DNA of 64,000 nt from an uncultured Dehalococcoidia bacterium (GCA_964649215.1 CAZYOV010000002.1:2288-66287); one strand, 5' to 3'; positions 36,190 to 46,240 are shown, counted from the stretch's first letter. A program made the numbers and translations. The notes: generated from the sequence alone by a model not told the origin.

Positions 36190-37677
36190 CTACGCCGGTG
36201 ACTCCGCTTGAAGCCGCCGCAGCGCCGACTCCAGCCGCTCCAGGCTGCGTTCGCGGCCCAGGACGGCCATCGTTTCGAATAGCGGCGGCGCCGCTGTCCT
36301 GCCGGTCACCGCTACTCGGATGAGGCCAAACAGCTCGCCGGTTTTCATCCCCAATTCCTCGGCCTGAGGACGGATGGCACCCTCCAGCGCCTCGTGCTGC
36401 CAGTGTTCGAGACGGCTGATACGCTGTACGACTGCCTGCAGAGCCGTCGCGGCTACGGCGGGCGCGCCGGCCAGCTTCTTTCCCAGCAAGGTCTTCGTAT
36501 CGTATTCAAGCTCTCCTTCCCGGAAGAAGAAGTCAGCCATCTCCACGGTTTCGGTCAGCAGTTTGACGCGCTCACGGATAAGAGGGATGACAGGTTGTAG
36601 CAGGTTACGATCTATCGTCCGGCCGAGGTTCTTCTCCAAGAAGGGGGCCGTGCGCTCCGCCAGCTCCTCTTCGGGCAGGTCGCGGATGTAGACGCCGTTC
36701 ATCCAGGCCAGCTTATCGAAGTTGAACACCGCGGGGCTGGCCAACACGCGGTCCAGGCTGAAGTGGCGGACGAACGTCTCGCGGTCGATGATCTCCGTGT
36801 GGTCGTCGAGAGACCAGCCGAGAAGGCCGAGGAAGTTGAACAGCGCCTCCGGTAGGAAGCCGCGGTCGCGGAAGGCCAGGACGGAGGTATCGCCGTGGCG
36901 TTTGGAGAGCTTGGCCTTGTCGGGGCCCAAGATCATGGGCAGATGCGCGAAGGTGGGCAGCTCCCAGCCGAAAGCCTGGTAGAGGAGGACGTGCCGGGGA
37001 GTGCTGGAGAGCCACTCATCGCCGCGAAGGACGTGTGTGATCTCCATCAGGTTGTCGTCCACGATGTTGGCGAGGTGGTACACGGGAAACCCATCCGACT
37101 TCAGTAGCACGAAGTCGTCCAGGGTATCGTTTTCGAACACGATGTCGCCCCGGACGAGGTCGTTGAAGGCGGTCTGGCCGGTGAGGGGTGTCCTGAAGCG
37201 GACGACGCAGGGCAGCGCCTGGGATTCCAGCTTTTCGCGTTCGGTTCCCGGGAGGTCACGACAGTTACGGTCGTACTTGGGCGGGAGCTTGCGGCGCTGC
37301 AGGTCCTTGCGCACGTCAGCCAGACGCTCCGGCGTGCAGTAGCAGCGGTAGGCGTGGCCGGCCTCGATTAGCTGAGTGGCGTAGCGGTTGTACGTCTCCA
37401 CTCGGCGGGACTGCATGTACGGCCCGTAATCGCCGATGTCGCGGCTAGGGTCGGCGGGGTCCGGCCCCTCGTCGTAGTCCAGACCGAGCCAGGCCAGCGA
37501 GTCGAAGATCGCCTGCTCTGAGCCCTCGACGTAGCGGGCGCGGTCGGTGTCTTCCAGGCGAACGATGAAGGCGCCACCCTCGTGACGGGCGAACAGCCAG
37601 TTGAAGAGGGCGGCACGGATGTTGCCGACGTGGGGCACGCCGGTGGGGGAGGGGGCGTAGCGGACGCGGACGGCCAT
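36190..37677 (-). CDS. gltX: glutamate--tRNA ligase
   Basis: HIGH motif (PSPTGVPHVGNIRAALFNW) and KMSKS (KLSKRHG). The likely start is MAVRVRY at 37677; the ORF track extends to 37890. Confidence 0.85.
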   Translation of the reverse strand: MAVRVRYAPSPTGVPHVGNIRAALFNWLFARHEGGAFIVRLEDTDRARYVEGSEQAIFDSLAWLGLDYDEGPDPADPSRDIGDYGPYMQSRRVETYNRYATQLIEAGHAYRCYCTPERLADVRKDLQRRKLPPKYDRNCRDLPGTEREKLESQALPCVVRFRTPLTGQTAFNDLVRGDIVFENDTLDDFVLLKSDGFPVYHLANIVDDNLMEITHVLRGDEWLSSTPRHVLLYQAFGWELPTFAHLPMILGPDKAKLSKRHGDTSVLAFRDRGFLPEALFNFLGLLGWSLDDHTEIIDRETFVRHFSLDRVLASPAVFNFDKLAWMNGVYIRDLPEEELAERTAPFLEKNLGRTIDRNLLQPVIPLIRERVKLLTETVEMADFFFREGELEYDTKTLLGKKLAGAPAVAATALQAVVQRISRLEHWQHEALEGAIRPQAEELGMKTGELFGLIRVAVTGRTAAPPLFETMAVLGRERSLERLESALRRLQAESPA

Positions 37678-37774
37678 GGCGGGGCTCATTCTAGCAAGAA
37701 TGAGCGGCAGGGTCACAGCGCTACGAGCATGCCTCTTGAACCAACGCCGCGGAGCCGCTACCTTGAACCTCGGC

Positions 37775-38098
37775 ATGGACGGCGTGATCGAGGTCAATCC
37801 GGAGCGCATCGAGACGCTGTACACCAGCGGTATGGAGCTGCCGTACATAGAGTTCAGTCGTACGGAGCCAGCGCTAAAGCTACTACTCAATGGCGAGGAG
37901 CACTGGTACTACAAGACGCTGCCGCTGAAGGGATATGGGGCGGTTCTTGCCCGCTATGTACAGGAGCTGGGGGCGGACGGAAAGAAGCCGCTGCTGGCGC
38001 GGTTTCGCCCCGGAGAGAACTTTTCAACTTCCTCGCACTGGGACCGCATCTACATCTACGCGACCGGCGTGACGCCCATCGGCGCGGGCAAGAAGTAG
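37775..38098 (+). CDS. small conserved hypothetical protein
   Basis: ORF track 37676-38098; an internal M at 37775 is the more plausible start, because 37676 overlaps the gltX start at a CCATGG palindrome. Confidence 0.35.
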   Translation: MDGVIEVNPERIETLYTSGMELPYIEFSRTEPALKLLLNGEEHWYYKTLPLKGYGAVLARYVQELGADGKKPLLARFRPGENFSTSSHWDRIYIYATGVTPIGAGKK

Positions 38099-38100
38099 CG

Positions 38101-38997
38101 CTAGGGGCGAAGGCTCGCGAGCGCCTCACGCAGGTCCGGCGGCAAGGGCGACTCGAACTCCACTTGGCGGCCGCTGGACGGCAGGTCGAACGCCAGCCGC
38201 CAGGCGTGCAGGAATTGCCGCCCTACCAGGGGCGAGCGCTTTCCGTAGACTGTGTCGCCGACCACCGGATGGCCGATGGCGGCCAGGTGGACGCGGATCT
38301 GGTGGGTGCGGCCCGTGATGGGCTCCACCTCCAGCAGGACGAAACCGTCCAACGCTTCGCGCACTCGGTACTTCGTCTCTGCCTCGCGGCCGCCGGCGAC
38401 CACCGCCATCTTCTTCCGGTTCCTGGGGTGCCGGCCGATGGGCGCCTCGATAGTGCCCTGGGCGGGCTGCGGGACGCCGTGTACGAGCGCCAGGTAGGTC
38501 TTTCGCACCTCACGTTCCTTGAGCTGACGCGTCAGATCGGAGCGTGCTCGCTCGTTTTTGGCGACGACTAGCAGTCCAGAGGTGTCCTTGTCCAGACGAT
38601 GGACGATCCCCGGCCGTATGGTGTCGCGCAAAGACGCCAGTTCAGGTATTAGAGCCAGGAGCGCGTTGACCAGCGTCCCGCTGGGGTGCCCCGGCGCGGG
38701 GTGAACGGTAAGCCCGGCCGGCTTATCGACGACGATGATGTCATCGTCCTGATAGATGATCGTAAGTGGTATGCGCTCGGCCGCCGGTCTCCCTTCCTCA
38801 ACGGGCGGCACGGTGGCCACGACATGGGCGCCGGCGGCGAGACGATGCGACGGTCGCTCCTGCCGTCCGTCCACCGTGACCAGGCCATCCTCGATGAGGC
38901 GGCGGGCCTGGCTGCGGGAGAGTTCCACAGCAAGGCGGGCGAGAAGGACATCCAGCCTCTCGCCCGGCCTATCAGCCGTCAGCTTCAGCGTCTTCAC
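38101..38997 (-). CDS. rluD: RluA-family 23S rRNA pseudouridine synthase (RluD-like) with S4 domain
   Basis: VVDKPAGLTVHP, HRLDKDTSGLLVVAKN. Confidence 0.8.
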   Translation of the reverse strand: MKTLKLTADRPGERLDVLLARLAVELSRSQARRLIEDGLVTVDGRQERPSHRLAAGAHVVATVPPVEEGRPAAERIPLTIIYQDDDIIVVDKPAGLTVHPAPGHPSGTLVNALLALIPELASLRDTIRPGIVHRLDKDTSGLLVVAKNERARSDLTRQLKEREVRKTYLALVHGVPQPAQGTIEAPIGRHPRNRKKMAVVAGGREAETKYRVREALDGFVLLEVEPITGRTHQIRVHLAAIGHPVVGDTVYGKRSPLVGRQFLHAWRLAFDLPSSGRQVEFESPLPPDLREALASLRP

Positions 38998-39511
38998 GTT
39001 CGGCTTTAGGCGGCGGGCGCTCGGCGAACAGCACGTACCCCAGCAGCAGGACGGCGATGCCGATGGTAATAGAGGAGTCGGCGACGTTGAAGGAAGGCCA
39101 GAACGGAAAATCTATGAAGTCGGTGACTCTCCCCAGGCGAACGCGGTCCACCAGATTACCGATAGCGCCGCCCAGCATCATCCCAATTGCGATGGGCGCT
39201 ACCAGGTGATCGAAGGGCGGGTAGCGGTAGTACAGATAGATCGCGGCTAGGCCGATGATGGTGGTGACGATGAGGAAGCCGGTCTGATCCTTCAGTATGC
39301 CGAAGGCGGCGCCGGTGTTAGTGACATGATGTAACCGAATGGGCCATCCGTCCGGCCAGGTCTCGCCCCGGTCCATGAACGTACGCACCAGCCCCTTGGT
39401 GGCTTGGTCCAGCGCTACGACGATGAAGGCGGCGCCGAGGAATAGGGCGCGCGGCAACCAGGTGGCGGTAGACGTGGTGGTAGATGTGTTCATCGCCTCG
39501 GCAGTGCGCAT
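38972..39511 (-). CDS. lspA: lipoprotein signal peptidase II
   Basis: ..NTGAAFGIL.. and ..GNLVDRVRLGRVTDFIDF..; the start is probably an internal Met (39511 or 39493). Confidence 0.75.
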   Translation of the reverse strand: MRTAEAMNTSTTTSTATWLPRALFLGAAFIVVALDQATKGLVRTFMDRGETWPDGWPIRLHHVTNTGAAFGILKDQTGFLIVTTIIGLAAIYLYYRYPPFDHLVAPIAIGMMLGGAIGNLVDRVRLGRVTDFIDFPFWPSFNVADSSITIGIAVLLLGYVLFAERPPPKAEREDAEADG

Positions 39512-39553
39512 CGCTTCGATGATAGCACGGAGGACTTCTTCGACCGAGATAGG

Positions 39554-40240
39554 GTGCAGGTACGCATAGGTTTGACGCCAGCTATGGGCGGTTGCTATCC
39601 TCGATCTGACGGCCAACCTTTAGAAAGGCATCCGCAGTTGGCATTCGACCTGTTGTCTCGTCGCTCCAAAGACCGAGAGAAATATGGCGAGCGTCTGCCG
39701 CCGGGCCAAAAGGTGGTGGAGGACTGGCCTGTCCTTACCCACGGAGGCACGCCGCAGATAGACTTGCCCGCATGGCGGCTGCGCATCTCCGGTGCGGTCG
39801 AACGGGAGGTCGAGTTCAGCTGGGAGCAGCTCCGGGCGCTGCCCAGCGCCATCGTGACCTGCGACATACACTGCGTCACCTCCTGGAGTCGCATGGACAA
39901 CCGGTTTGAGGGCGTTCTCTTCCGTGAGCTGCTCAACCGATTCAAACCGCTTCCTTCCGCGAAGCAGGTGATGTTGCACTGCTACGGTGGCTACACCACC
40001 AACATCCCCCTCACCGATCTCATGCAGGAGAACGTCCTCCTCGCATATAAGCATGCCGGCGAGGAGCTGACGCCATCCCACGGCTGGCCGCTGCGCCTTG
40101 TGGTACCCCACCTCTACTTCTGGAAGAGCGCTAAGTGGGTGCGCCGACTGGACTTCATCGAGAAAGAAGAGCCGGGCTTCTGGGAATCGTACGGCTACCA
40201 CATCCGAGGCGACCCCTGGAAGGAGGAGCGTTACTCGTGA
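39554..40240 (+). CDS. sulfite-oxidase-family molybdopterin-binding oxidoreductase
   Basis: TCDIHCVTSWSRMDNRFEGV signature of the Moco-binding domain; start uncertain. Confidence 0.65.
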   Translation: MQVRIGLTPAMGGCYPRSDGQPLERHPQLAFDLLSRRSKDREKYGERLPPGQKVVEDWPVLTHGGTPQIDLPAWRLRISGAVEREVEFSWEQLRALPSAIVTCDIHCVTSWSRMDNRFEGVLFRELLNRFKPLPSAKQVMLHCYGGYTTNIPLTDLMQENVLLAYKHAGEELTPSHGWPLRLVVPHLYFWKSAKWVRRLDFIEKEEPGFWESYGYHIRGDPWKEERYS

Positions 40241-41373
40241 CGACCGCATCTGCGATCCCGGTGTCTCTTGACGACCCGGTGAACGTCGCCATCCTCGCCG
40301 TCTCCGAGGACAGACTGGAGGGGTTCCAGCGGGATCCGCTCGGCGAGATCTCAAAGCGGTCGGGCATCGACTTGGACGTGGTGATAGAGCGTATTCGGGC
40401 TCTTCTGAGGGCGGGCACCGTCCGACGAGTTCGCCAGACCCTGCTTTCGACGAACCTGGCCCAGGGCGCTTTGGTCGCCTGGCAGGTACCTTCGGACAGG
40501 CTGCAGGCCGCATTCGACTTCATGTTCCAGCAGGACCCGTTCAGCGGGCACGTTGTGATCCGCACTACAGACGCCGTCACGCCTGGGTCAAATTACAGGC
40601 TCTGGACGACGCTTAAGGTGCCTCAAGGGTATTCGATGGAGAAGCATGCTGACTACCTGGCGGCGCAGGTCGGGGCGGAAAGCTATCGCCTGATGCCGGC
40701 GAAGGCGCTATTCGTCCTCGGGGTCGGCCACACGCGACGCCGCGGTATGGAGCCGGGCAGCAAGTCTGACCCTCTCGCTGAGGTGACCTACACCGGGGTC
40801 ATTGAGCTGAGCGAGCTCGAGTGGCAGGCACTAATCGCCATGAAACGTGAGTTTTCGCCTGAAGAGATCGTGCCCGACATCTGGCAATCTCGCGCTCAGG
40901 AATCGGGGCTGTCGCTGTCTACGTTCTACGAGGTAGCCGAGTCGCTGAGCCAACGCAAGGCGATCGGGCGCTTCTCCACGTTTCTCGAGCACGTGAAGCC
41001 TGTCGCCGACGGGCAGCGAGTCACGCGCTACAACGTCCTGTTCCACTGGGCGGTGCCGCCTGGGCGGGAGGTGGAAGCGGGGCGTGAGGTGGGCCGACAC
41101 CACATTCTGACGCATTGCTACTGGCGTGAAGCGGGGGACGGGTTCCCGAACGTGAACTTAATGGCCGTGGCACATGGCACGGATAAAGCGCGGCTCATGG
41201 AGCACAAGGCGGCGATCGACGCGCACCTGAAGTCCGTAGGGATCCCGGTTAGCTATACGAACGTGTTTTGGGGAGGCCGCAGCGAGATCAAGCCCTCCGA
41301 GATCTCGCCCTTCGTGTACCGTGAGTGGTGTGAGAGAGCAGGGCTTGATTCCGAATCGATGCGCGCCACTTAG
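40237..41373 (+). CDS. tandem Lrp/AsnC-type domain protein (possibly siroheme-decarboxylase-like, AhbA/B or NirDL)
   Basis: GTG start with AGGAGG SD at 40221-40228. Stop/start overlap with the upstream gene. Two internally similar halves. Confidence 0.45.
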   Translation: MTTASAIPVSLDDPVNVAILAVSEDRLEGFQRDPLGEISKRSGIDLDVVIERIRALLRAGTVRRVRQTLLSTNLAQGALVAWQVPSDRLQAAFDFMFQQDPFSGHVVIRTTDAVTPGSNYRLWTTLKVPQGYSMEKHADYLAAQVGAESYRLMPAKALFVLGVGHTRRRGMEPGSKSDPLAEVTYTGVIELSELEWQALIAMKREFSPEEIVPDIWQSRAQESGLSLSTFYEVAESLSQRKAIGRFSTFLEHVKPVADGQRVTRYNVLFHWAVPPGREVEAGREVGRHHILTHCYWREAGDGFPNVNLMAVAHGTDKARLMEHKAAIDAHLKSVGIPVSYTNVFWGGRSEIKPSEISPFVYREWCERAGLDSESMRAT

Positions 41374-41379
41374 GCTGAG

Positions 41380-42489
41380 ATGAGCGGCTACGGTAAGGAC
41401 CGCCCCGCCGATGATACCCCCTACGAGCGGATGCGCTTCTACATCCGCGAGGTCGGCCAGGGGCCGAAGGCCTGCCGCGATCTGACGCGGGAGGAGGCGC
41501 GGGATGCGATGGAGATGGTCCTGCGCCGAGAGGCGACGCCGGCGCAGATAGGTGGCTTCCTCCTCGTCGAGCGGTTCAAGGGGGAGTCCGCGGAGGAGCT
41601 GCTGGGATTCGCCGATGCTATCCGCGTGCAGGCCCACCAGATCGCGCCCGGGGTGGACGGCCTGCTGGACATCGGCAGCCCTTACGATGGGCGTAAGCGC
41701 AGCCTCGTGGTCAGCCCGGCGGCGTCTATCGTCGCTTGCGCGGGCGGCGTCCCTGTGGTGATGCACGGCGAAAGGGAGATGGGGCCTAAGCGCGGCATCC
41801 CCGTGGGCGACGTGCTGGGGGCGCTGGGCGTGGACGTGGACGCCGGGCCGGAGGAGGTGCGGAGCAGCATCGAGGAGGACGGCTTCGGCTACATGCGCTC
41901 CGCCCGATTCGTCCCTAGTCTCTATGCGCTCAATGAGGTGCGCGACGAGATCGCCCTGCGAACCAACATTCACACCATCGAGAAGCTGTACAACCTGGCG
42001 GGGGCCTCCTATAGCCTCATCGGACTGACTCACCTGCCCTACATGGAGAAGATGCTGGGGGCGGTGAAGGAGATGGGCTTCCGACGCGTAATGCTGGTCC
42101 AGGGGATCGAAGGGAACGAGGACGCTCCGACTTCGCGCCCATGCCGCGTCTTCGAGTGGTCGGGCGGCGAGATGCGGGAGTTCCGCCTGAACCCGCAGGA
42201 GTACGACCTCGTGCCGGCCTCTCAGGAAGAGATGGCTGGTGGTGACGCCGCCTACAACGCGGATGTCTGTGTCAGGGTACTGGAAGGCACGCCCGGCCCT
42301 CACCGCGATCTCGTCTGCCTGAACGCCGGTCTCCGCATCTACCTGGCGGAGCGCGCGGCCGATATCGGCGAGGGCATCACCAAGGCGCGCGCAGCCATCG
42401 ACTCCGGGGCCGCGCGCGAGAAGCTGGAGACGCTGCGGAAGCGCGCGGGCACACAACGCCGTTTGACCCTCGCTGACGGCGCTCGGTAG
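41380..42489 (+). CDS. glycosyl-transferase family 3 protein (anthranilate phosphoribosyltransferase TrpD-like)
   Basis: 369 aa; ..GGFLLVERFKGESAEEL.., ..DIGSPYDGRKRS.. Confidence 0.7.
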   Translation: MSGYGKDRPADDTPYERMRFYIREVGQGPKACRDLTREEARDAMEMVLRREATPAQIGGFLLVERFKGESAEELLGFADAIRVQAHQIAPGVDGLLDIGSPYDGRKRSLVVSPAASIVACAGGVPVVMHGEREMGPKRGIPVGDVLGALGVDVDAGPEEVRSSIEEDGFGYMRSARFVPSLYALNEVRDEIALRTNIHTIEKLYNLAGASYSLIGLTHLPYMEKMLGAVKEMGFRRVMLVQGIEGNEDAPTSRPCRVFEWSGGEMREFRLNPQEYDLVPASQEEMAGGDAAYNADVCVRVLEGTPGPHRDLVCLNAGLRIYLAERAADIGEGITKARAAIDSGAAREKLETLRKRAGTQRRLTLADGAR

Positions 42490-42491
42490 AA

Positions 42492-42938
42492 TTGGTCTGC
42501 ATGGACGATTACGGACTTGACTTGGAGGAGGTCGCCCGCGTTATCGACGCCGCCGAAGTGCTGATTGTGCGCTTCGCAATCCTCGACAAGCGCCTACTCG
42601 TCGACGCCCGCACGAGCGAGAGCGAAGGCCCAATGGTCGCCGTTGTCCCCAAGGCGAACTCCGTGGAAGAACGGTTCAAATCGTTGAAGAAGCTGCGACC
42701 ACGGCTGCCCCTGCCCGACAAGATCATGTCCTTCATGTGGCCCCGTCAGATGGAGACGTTCCGCGCCTCCGGCCTGTGGGACAAGATCGAAGGTCGGATG
42801 GTGAGCATTGGCGGCGAGCAGATGCTTGAGGCCTGCAAGTCCGTGTTCGATGAGCTGGCGCAGGAGGAGAAGGCGGAGGTGATGGCCGCCATTCGCGGGG
42901 GCGAGACCTACCAGTCTCTCTGGGAACGCTCAGGCTAG
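42492..42938 (+). CDS. hypothetical protein
   Basis: 148 aa, immediately downstream in the same operon. Confidence 0.45.
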   Translation: MVCMDDYGLDLEEVARVIDAAEVLIVRFAILDKRLLVDARTSESEGPMVAVVPKANSVEERFKSLKKLRPRLPLPDKIMSFMWPRQMETFRASGLWDKIEGRMVSIGGEQMLEACKSVFDELAQEEKAEVMAAIRGGETYQSLWERSG

Positions 42939-42998
42939 ACGGAGGCGCAAGACGAAAATGGGGGCGCCGCGTCAGGCCGGCGCCCTTTTTGTTGAGCC

Positions 42999-44030
42999 AT
43001 GAAGATCATTGACCTCAGAAGTGATACCGTCACCCTGCCGCCGCCGGAGATGCGGAAAGCGATCGCGGAGGCGGAGCTGGGGGACGACGTGTTCGGGGAC
43101 GACCCCACGGTCAACCGGCTGGAGGCGCTGGCGGCGGAGGTGATGGGGAAGGAAGCGGCCCTCTTTACCATCAGCGGTACGCAGAGCAACCTGACGGCGA
43201 TGCTCTCCCATTGCCAACGCGGCAATGAGGTGATCCTGGGGGACGAGTCGCACATCGTGCACTACGAAGTGGGGGGAGCCTTCGCCTTGGGCGGGCTGGG
43301 TCTGCGCACCGTCCGCAACGACGAAAAGGGACGGCTGAAGCTGACCGAGGTCCGCCACGCCGTCCGCGGCCGCGATGTGCATTTCCCTCCCACGGGTCTC
43401 ATTTGCATCGAGAATACGCACAACCTCTGCGGCGGCAGCGTCCTGGATGAGGAAGATCTTGCCGCCGTCCGTGCCCTGGCCGACGAGCACGACCTACCAG
43501 TGCACCTGGACGGGGCGCGGCTGTTCAACGCCGCGCTGGCCCTGGGAGCGCCCCCATCTCAGCTGGCGCAGTACGCGGACTCCGTCGCCTTCAGCCTGTG
43601 CAAGGGGCTGGCCTGTCCCGTAGGCTCCGTCCTCTGCGGCAGCGAGGAGTTCATCCGTGAGGCGCGACGGTACCGCAAGATGCTGGGCGGCGGCATGCGG
43701 CAGGCCGGTATTATCGCCGCGGCGGGGGTGTACGCCCTGGAGAACATGACTGACCGGCTGGCCGAGGACCACGAGAACGCGCGTGTTCTGGCGGATGGCC
43801 TGTCCAGCGTCCCCGGCATCGCGCTGGCGCCGCCGCCGCAGAGCAACCTGGTCTACTTCACCGTGGAGGGGTGGTCTCTAGGCGAACTGGTTCGCCGCCT
43901 GGAAGAGAGGCGAGTTCTCTGCCTGGACGAAGGCGGCCGCATCCGCATGGTAACGCACTACGGCGTCGGTGGCGGTGATGTTGAGCAGGCGGTGGCGATC
44001 ATACGGTCGCTGATGGCAGCGGGAGCCTGA
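42999..44030 (+). CDS. ltaE: low-specificity L-threonine aldolase
   Basis: MKIIDLRSDTVTLPPPEMR..; PLP-fold-type I. Confidence 0.8.
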   Translation: MKIIDLRSDTVTLPPPEMRKAIAEAELGDDVFGDDPTVNRLEALAAEVMGKEAALFTISGTQSNLTAMLSHCQRGNEVILGDESHIVHYEVGGAFALGGLGLRTVRNDEKGRLKLTEVRHAVRGRDVHFPPTGLICIENTHNLCGGSVLDEEDLAAVRALADEHDLPVHLDGARLFNAALALGAPPSQLAQYADSVAFSLCKGLACPVGSVLCGSEEFIREARRYRKMLGGGMRQAGIIAAAGVYALENMTDRLAEDHENARVLADGLSSVPGIALAPPPQSNLVYFTVEGWSLGELVRRLEERRVLCLDEGGRIRMVTHYGVGGGDVEQAVAIIRSLMAAGA

Positions 44031-44755
44031 TGGCGTTGCGCGTGGGGCGGCTGTTCGTCGGTCTGACCCTGCTGGCGTTCGCGGTGGCTGCCTGTGAGTC
44101 GGAGACGGTTGTCCTGTCCGGCCAGACGGTCGTGTCGAACACTCCCTGGGAGGCACCAGAAGAGGCCCGCTATCGTCTCATGGATGGCGATGAGGTAAGG
44201 GGCAGCGCGATCCTCCGCATCGAATTCCGGGACGGGAAGGTCCGCTTCACACAGGAGTTCGAGAGTGAGGAGTTCAGCGATGAAGTGGAGGCGGTGGCGG
44301 ACAGCGAGACGATGCGGCCGCGCTCGATAGAGCGGGTTGTCGATGGGCCGGAGGGGGCGCGGCGTTGGCAGGTAGAGTACCAGGACGGCAGCGCGCTCGT
44401 GGTGCAGCGTACGGAGGACGATGACCGCCGTGACGAAATCACTGTGCCGACGCGCTCCTACGATAGCTGGACGGATGTCTTTCTGTGGCGGACTATCGAC
44501 TTTCGGGAGGGGTACGAGGCTACCTACGCGGACGTCCTCTCCGCTACGCTTGCGAAACCGCAGGTCATATTGCAGTCGCTGAAGGTGACGGGCAAGGAGA
44601 CGGTAGAGGTGCCGGCCGGTGCTTTCGAGGCCTGGCGACTGGAGATCCGTTCCCCTGATGGCACCCAGCGGGCGTGGTACGCGGATACGGAGACGCGCCC
44701 GCTGGTACGCTACGACAATGGGAGCCTGACTTTCGAACTGCTATCGCTAAGGTGA
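44030..44755 (+). CDS. lipoprotein (signal peptide with lipobox LTLLAFAVAAC)
   Basis: 241 aa; ATG overlaps the ltaE stop. Confidence 0.55.
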   Translation: MALRVGRLFVGLTLLAFAVAACESETVVLSGQTVVSNTPWEAPEEARYRLMDGDEVRGSAILRIEFRDGKVRFTQEFESEEFSDEVEAVADSETMRPRSIERVVDGPEGARRWQVEYQDGSALVVQRTEDDDRRDEITVPTRSYDSWTDVFLWRTIDFREGYEATYADVLSATLAKPQVILQSLKVTGKETVEVPAGAFEAWRLEIRSPDGTQRAWYADTETRPLVRYDNGSLTFELLSLR

Positions 44756-45053
44756 GCGGCCCGGCGGGCTCTGCGGTGGCCCCGGAGTCCTATCAGCTGG
44801 ACCCGGCGGGCTGGACTGAGGCTCCTCCGTGGGCAAGGGTGAAGCCATCGGTACGGCCGGGGGCGGTGATCGCTGCGGCTCGGCGCTGCCTCCAACATCG
44901 GCGATGAACTCGAAGAAGATGACGAAGGCCGTCAGTAGCAACAGGATTGGCCAAAGTACACGAAATTGAAGGATTCGCAATAGTCCAGACACAGCACGAC
45001 CTTGTCTTGCCGCTCGTGCTGAATATAATAGGCTAATTGAGTGCCTAAGCGCC

Positions 45054-45731
45054 ATGTCGAGTGTTCTGCTAGTCACACGTGATACCAGCACAGAGAGGCT
45101 GGCGGAGCATGCCCTCGCTTCCGTCGGTCACGAGGTCATCACGGCTGACAGTTGCGGAGCGGCCATCCGTAGCCTGTTTAACGTTTCTGTCGATGTAGTC
45201 ATCATGGACAGCGCTATCGGTGAGGCCGAGATGAAGGAGCTCTGCATGTGGCTCCGCAGCGGCAACGGCAGCTACCCAGTGGTGTTTTTAACCGTCGCCA
45301 GCGCCCGCTGGCTGGTGGACTCGCTTCCCATAGACAGAGATCGCGATGAGATCGTAACCAAGCCGTGTGAGGGGAACGATATCCGCCGCGCGGTGGCGAA
45401 GACTCTGGACTCGACCCAGCGGAAGGGCTCGGAAGTGTTGATGGTCGGCAACGCAGCCCTGAACAAGAGCTCGCACGAGCTTCGCGGAGATAGCGCATCA
45501 GTTCAGCTCACACCGACAGAGTTCCGCTTAATGTACTACCTGATCCAGCGGCGCGGCAGCATCGTCTCTACGGAGGAGCTGTTGGAGAAGGTGTGGGAGT
45601 TCTTCCCAGGCACTGGATCCTCGGAGTTGATCCGCTCGCACGTGAGGAACCTGCGGAGCAAGCTGCGTATCGCGACAGGCGGAGCAGAGCCGCTGCAGAC
45701 GGTGCCGCGAAGGGGTTACCGCCTGATCTAG
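45054..45731 (+). CDS. OmpR-family DNA-binding response regulator
   Basis: Receiver domain with a C-terminal winged helix (..LTPTEFRLMYYLIQRRGSIVSTEELLEKVWEF..). Confidence 0.7.
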   Translation: MSSVLLVTRDTSTERLAEHALASVGHEVITADSCGAAIRSLFNVSVDVVIMDSAIGEAEMKELCMWLRSGNGSYPVVFLTVASARWLVDSLPIDRDRDEIVTKPCEGNDIRRAVAKTLDSTQRKGSEVLMVGNAALNKSSHELRGDSASVQLTPTEFRLMYYLIQRRGSIVSTEELLEKVWEFFPGTGSSELIRSHVRNLRSKLRIATGGAEPLQTVPRRGYRLI

Positions 45732-45816
45732 AGTCAGCCGGGTGGCGTGCTCCGGAGGTCCTGGGTACTGCCTCGTGGTAAAAGCGGCCTCTGTCGTCCA
45801 TTTCAGCGGATCGCGA

Positions 45817-45862
45817 CCGTTGACACCCGCCCCGCCCGGGCGCACAATCGCGGCCGTGGGCA
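45817..45862 (+). repeat. motif-1 copy I: TTGACA(45820-45825)-N17-CACAAT(45843-45848); the arm-type-like 12-mer tgtcgtccattt lies at 45792-45803
   Basis: ccgttgacacccgccccgcccgggcgcacaatcgcggccgtgggcagtg. Confidence 0.6.
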
Positions 45863-45865
45863 GTG

Positions 45866-46240
45866 CTAGCCCGCCGCAGCGAGCGGGTCAGTCTTCGTCC
45901 AGCGGCTCTCACCCGGGAGACGGATGGACAGGTGAACGAAGCTGCTGTCCTCGGTGGCCCCGTGCCAGTGGAGCTCGTCCGCCGGGACGTGGACGATCAT
46001 TCCAGGCGTGACCGTGTTTCTGTCCCGCTCTGTCGCTAGGATGCCTGTGCCCTCTATACAGTGGAGCACCTGCACGACGTCGTGGGAGTGGAAGTAGGTA
46101 CGGGCACCGAGGCTAAAGCGAACGACGGCAACAGCAAGGCCGTCGGCGCCGCCTAGTATCGGCTGGATGTCCACCTGTCCAACAAAGTGTTCGTTCCCAC
46201 CCGGCCGGGCCGCGTCGCCAGCGACTTCGATTACTTTCAT
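45866..46240 (-). CDS. cupin-domain protein
   Basis: Start MKVIEV with GGAGG SD; cupin beta-barrel His residues (HSHDVVQVLHCIEG). Confidence 0.6.
   Translation of the reverse strand: MKVIEVAGDAARPGGNEHFVGQVDIQPILGGADGLAVAVVRFSLGARTYFHSHDVVQVLHCIEGTGILATERDRNTVTPGMIVHVPADELHWHGATEDSSFVHLSIRLPGESRWTKTDPLAAAG

Noticed and set aside
37677-37890. 71-aa N-terminal extension of gltX in the ORF track
   Set aside because: The conserved GluRS N-terminus begins at MAVRVRYAPSPTG. The upstream part is not GluRS-like and is treated as 5' UTR.
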